Source of the DNA: Prorocentrum cordatum
Lineage: Eukaryota
Reading direction: 5' to 3'
Length of the DNA: 64,000 nucleotides
Assembly (NCBI GenBank): GCA_963575745.1
Contig: CAUYUJ010000091.1
Coordinates: 1-64,000 of the forward strand
Position numbers and translations under genes: made by a program. Shown here piece after piece: positions 60,591 to 64,000 of the stretch (the stretch's first letter is position 1; the number at the start of each line of letters is the position of its first letter). The notes under the pieces are model-generated. The model made no database searches and was not told where the DNA came from. It saw only the letters and a program-made list of their open reading frames with translations.

Positions 60591-60890
60591 GAGCAGAAGA
60601 ACGTGTGTTGATGGTGACGCTGATGACGATGACGACGATGCCGATGACGATAACGATGATGACGGTGATGCTGCTGGTGATGATGCTGATGATGCTGGCG
60701 ATGCTGATGATGATGCGAATGATGATGCTGATACTGATGCTGCTGATCTGATGATGATGACGATTACGATTGTACTAGTGCTGATGATACTGATGATGAT
60801 GCTGGTGGTGATGAGGATGAGGATCACGAGGATGAGGATGATGATGATGATGATGATTATGGTTATGGTTGGGGTGATGGTGATGATGAC

Positions 60891-60933
<43 letters not shown>

Positions 60934-61654
60934 CTGATGCTGATGCTGATGCTGATGCTGATGCTGATACTGTTGTTGATGATGATGATGATTGAAGAAA
61001 GGAAGAGGGAGAGGAGGGGGAGGAGGGGGAGGAGCAGGAGGAGGAGGAGAGGAACGTCGATGATGTTGATGCTGATGAGGATGAGGATGATGATGGTGAC
61101 GCTGATGCTGATGATGATGATGATGTTGATGATGATGATGATGATGGTGGTGGTGATGATGATGACGATAATGATCATGATCATGATCATGATCATGATC
61201 ATGATCATGGAGGGAGGAGGTGGAGGAGGAGGGGGAGGAAGAAAGAAGGAAGGAAGGAAGGTCGCGGGGTGCTGTCTTCAAACCGAGGACCCAACACCAC
61301 GATGGTTGGGGAAACACATTAGGAAAACGGGGGGTTGCCAGGGATCCCTTGGGCCTTAGTGCAGACAACCTGTTTGCCTAACCAGCAGTGGTAAGTTGGT
61401 TTGTCGCAGTCGCGCTGGCGAGCCAGGGCGCAACCACGGCAAACCGCGTGGACAAGCGACGGCACACGTGGTTCTCATGCCTCACGCAGGCGGCGAATCC
61501 GCGGGTGCAGCACCAAAGAAACGCTAAGGTGAAGTGCGTGCGCAAAAGCTCCACTTTGAGGCAGATGCTGCGCTTGATGGACACGAGGCCGCCGATGCTG
61601 CTAAGGTCTGGCGCGCTTCCGTTCCATCTGATCCCGCAGATAGAAGAAGAAAAT

Positions 61655-61826
61655 ACGCCATACACATAATTTGTTGGCGCTCCGCGCGGATTTCTTGGAT
61701 CCGCGCCTACGCCCCCACGGCGGCGCCTCCAGCGCCGCCCCTGGCGCGCTCCGTGCGCCAGGGACGGGGGTCCGGCGCGGATCCAAGAAATCCGCGCGGA
61801 GCGCCAAAAGTTTATGTTTATGGCGT
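61655..61826. mobile_element. Hairpin MITE family D
   Basis: Perfect 34-bp inverted repeat 61674-61707 / 61774-61807, extended by ACGCCATACACATAA / TTATGTTTATGGCGT. Diverged copies at ~33282-33419, ~36886-37008 and ~58645-58773. Confidence 0.85.
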
Positions 61827-63656
61827 TCCTTTCTTTCTAGTACTGAGAGCCAGAACCCGTGTCACCGGGCCTGCGCCTCTTAGAAGCACCAGCAAGACAC
61901 AACAGTCCCCAGCCATACGAAAAAACGGGTTGGCCAATGTGTGTCCCCAGCCATACGAAAAAACGGGTTGGCCAATGTGTGTTCGAAGGTTCCGTTCCGC
62001 GTACGGAGAGGCAGTGCCACACGGACATTGGCCTCTGAGACTCTGAGGTCGACACCATGGACAAAGAATGTTTTGAGAACGTTGGGGTGAAGTCAAAGAC
62101 GGGGGAGGGGAGTCGATCCCCTCCGTCCCCGTGGAAGATGGGGCGAGGGTCGAAACCCTTCCTCCTTCCTTCTCCAGAGTGAAAGGCGGTCGGGGGGGGT
62201 GATAAAACCTCCTGCTGCCCCCCTGGCGCCAGTGCAGACCCCCCCTGGCGCCAGCACACAACAACGACGGCGACGACGACGACAAGGACCGCGCCACGAC
62301 GACGACGACGAGGATAACGACGATCATTTTGAGAACATGCGATCTGACATACTCATTCGACTTCATATGTTCTCCTCTCTCCCTTGCAGCCCATCGGAAT
62401 GTCCATGGACGAACCCACTGATCGGGGGGCGTCTTTTCTAACCAGCTCCTGGGAGCAAAATTCAGCAGCGCGCACTACGCCGACATGGCCGTCGTTCAAT
62501 GAAGTCGCGCCCGCGGGCTACTCAATTATTTGAGCGACTTGCGAGGAAGTCTCAGGAGGGAGCACCGTTCCTGAGCTGAGGGCCTCCAGGGCGTCCCAGA
62601 GTAAACTGTGAGGAAGTTGCGACATTGTTTTGCCGATCTGCGTGGGCCCTCGCACCCAACCCCCTGCCCCCCATTGAGTGGATCTTGGGTGTTTTTTGGC
62701 GCCTGTTTCAAGCAGGTGGAGTCTCCCCCATACTACGTACTGTTGCAAACAGTCGCACTAAGAAGATGTCCCGCGCCAGACCCCCCCCACATCCCCTCCC
62801 CTCCGCCCAATGTCGAATCGCCGAATAGGAAAACGTTCGTTTTCGAGCGGAGCATTTGCGTAGCTGGACCGTCACCCACTCGAACGACTTGCGAGGACGT
62901 TTCGGGTGAGAGCGCCATTCTTGAGTAAGAAAGCGTATGGCCAGGGCGCGCGCGAGGACATTACAAGAGAGCATCGAACGGCAGCCACTGTCGTCAGAGT
63001 TGGGCGTTGAACGCGCTGCGAACATGCCTCGGGCGAGGGCTCCGCTCACGTGTCTTGCGAAGGGCGGCCAAAGTGCCCGGGAGTAAATCGTCGATTTAGA
63101 GGTGATCGAGGGGGAACCGCGGCCGTTGCAGTCGAGAGGGCTCTGAACAACCAGGATTTGGTCGGGCATGTCCCTCTGCAGGAGTTTTAGTCCAAATTAG
63201 CCAAAACATAATCCTGGGACACTGTTTTGACTGTGTTTGACCATCTTTGAATATTGTTTGATCATGTTTCGCGCTTTTCTCCCACAATCCACGTGGACGA
63301 CGCAAAAAAAGTGCTCTTCTGCGCCGACATTGGCGCGTAAGGTCGCGCGTAAGCGCCCTCGCTTCAAGTGTGGCGTGCCGCGCGGGCGGCCCGCGTGAGT
63401 CACCGCGTAAGGTCGCTACGTCATCTCGCGTAAGACCCGTTTTTGATCGGCGCTCACCTGTAGGGTGACATGTCCGACCTAAAGCCAGGATCTGGGATTT
63501 GAGCCCGCGCTCGAGCGGGCGCCCCGACGTCAAAGAACCTTATGCCTCCGAGTCGGCTTCGACGGCTTCCGATTCCGATTCGATTCGGTTCGGCTTCTCC
63601 CGACTCAGCTGCCGAGTTCGGCCGATACGATTCGTTTCGATCGCCGATCCGACTTA

Positions 63657-63820
63657 AAGTGGAGGCCCATGCCAGGAAACACCCTGCTCGCCTCCAGGGT
63701 GCCCTGGGCTTCTTGGGTTTCGATGGTTTTGCTGCGGAAGGCATGACGTCCCCACACTGAAAGTCAATGAACGCCTTGGGGTCTCCGGGTTGAGTTTCTT
63801 GTGGAAGGTCTCCTGTGGAC
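63657..63820 (+). mobile_element. MITE family A copy (right end lost)
   Basis: TA|AAGTGGAGGCCCATGCCAGGAAACACCCTGCTCGCCTCCAGGGTGCCC…. Confidence 0.75.
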
Positions 63821-64000
63821 CATGGACGGACCCGCCCGCCCACGATGGCAAGGGAGGCGCGCGGAGCAGCGAGAGCAGGAACGGGGCCGGCGACCGCGAC
63901 AGCAGGCGCGCCTCCAAGAGGGCAAGCGTTCGTGTGCGTCGGCTGCCGGCCCCCCCCCCCTGCAGGAGAGTGAGCGACGGCATACGGTGTGGGCCCGTGC

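Overview
GC-rich, repeat-dominated eukaryotic DNA. The inferred source is a dinoflagellate (Prorocentrum-like), based on tiny exons with GT/GC/GA donors, huge GAG/CCT, GAC, GAT and TG microsatellites, and possible relic spliced leaders. Nearly all listed ORFs are artefacts of microsatellites or GC-rich repeats. Supportable content is as follows. (1) Three non-LTR retrotransposons: a young 5'-truncated RT-ZnF-RNaseH copy (2546-6647,+), a decayed ORF1-APE-RT-RNaseH copy (~11816-18390,+) and a decayed APE-RT-2xC2H2 copy (~27081-32674,-). The last carries an extra ORF downstream of the RT plus a 3' stem-loop and (CAGT)n tail. All three abut (CCT)n tracts in the same polarity. (2) At least eight families of short inverted-repeat elements (MITE/foldback-like), several nested. 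One forms an entire intron (Introner-like). (3) 64-bp and ~78-bp tandem arrays. (4) Scattered host exons: a probable VPS35 first exon, a phase-consistent four-exon 3' end of an unknown gene, and a possible BART-domain exon pair. No rRNA, tRNA or CRISPR array was seen. All calls come from motif reading by eye and none were checked against a database.
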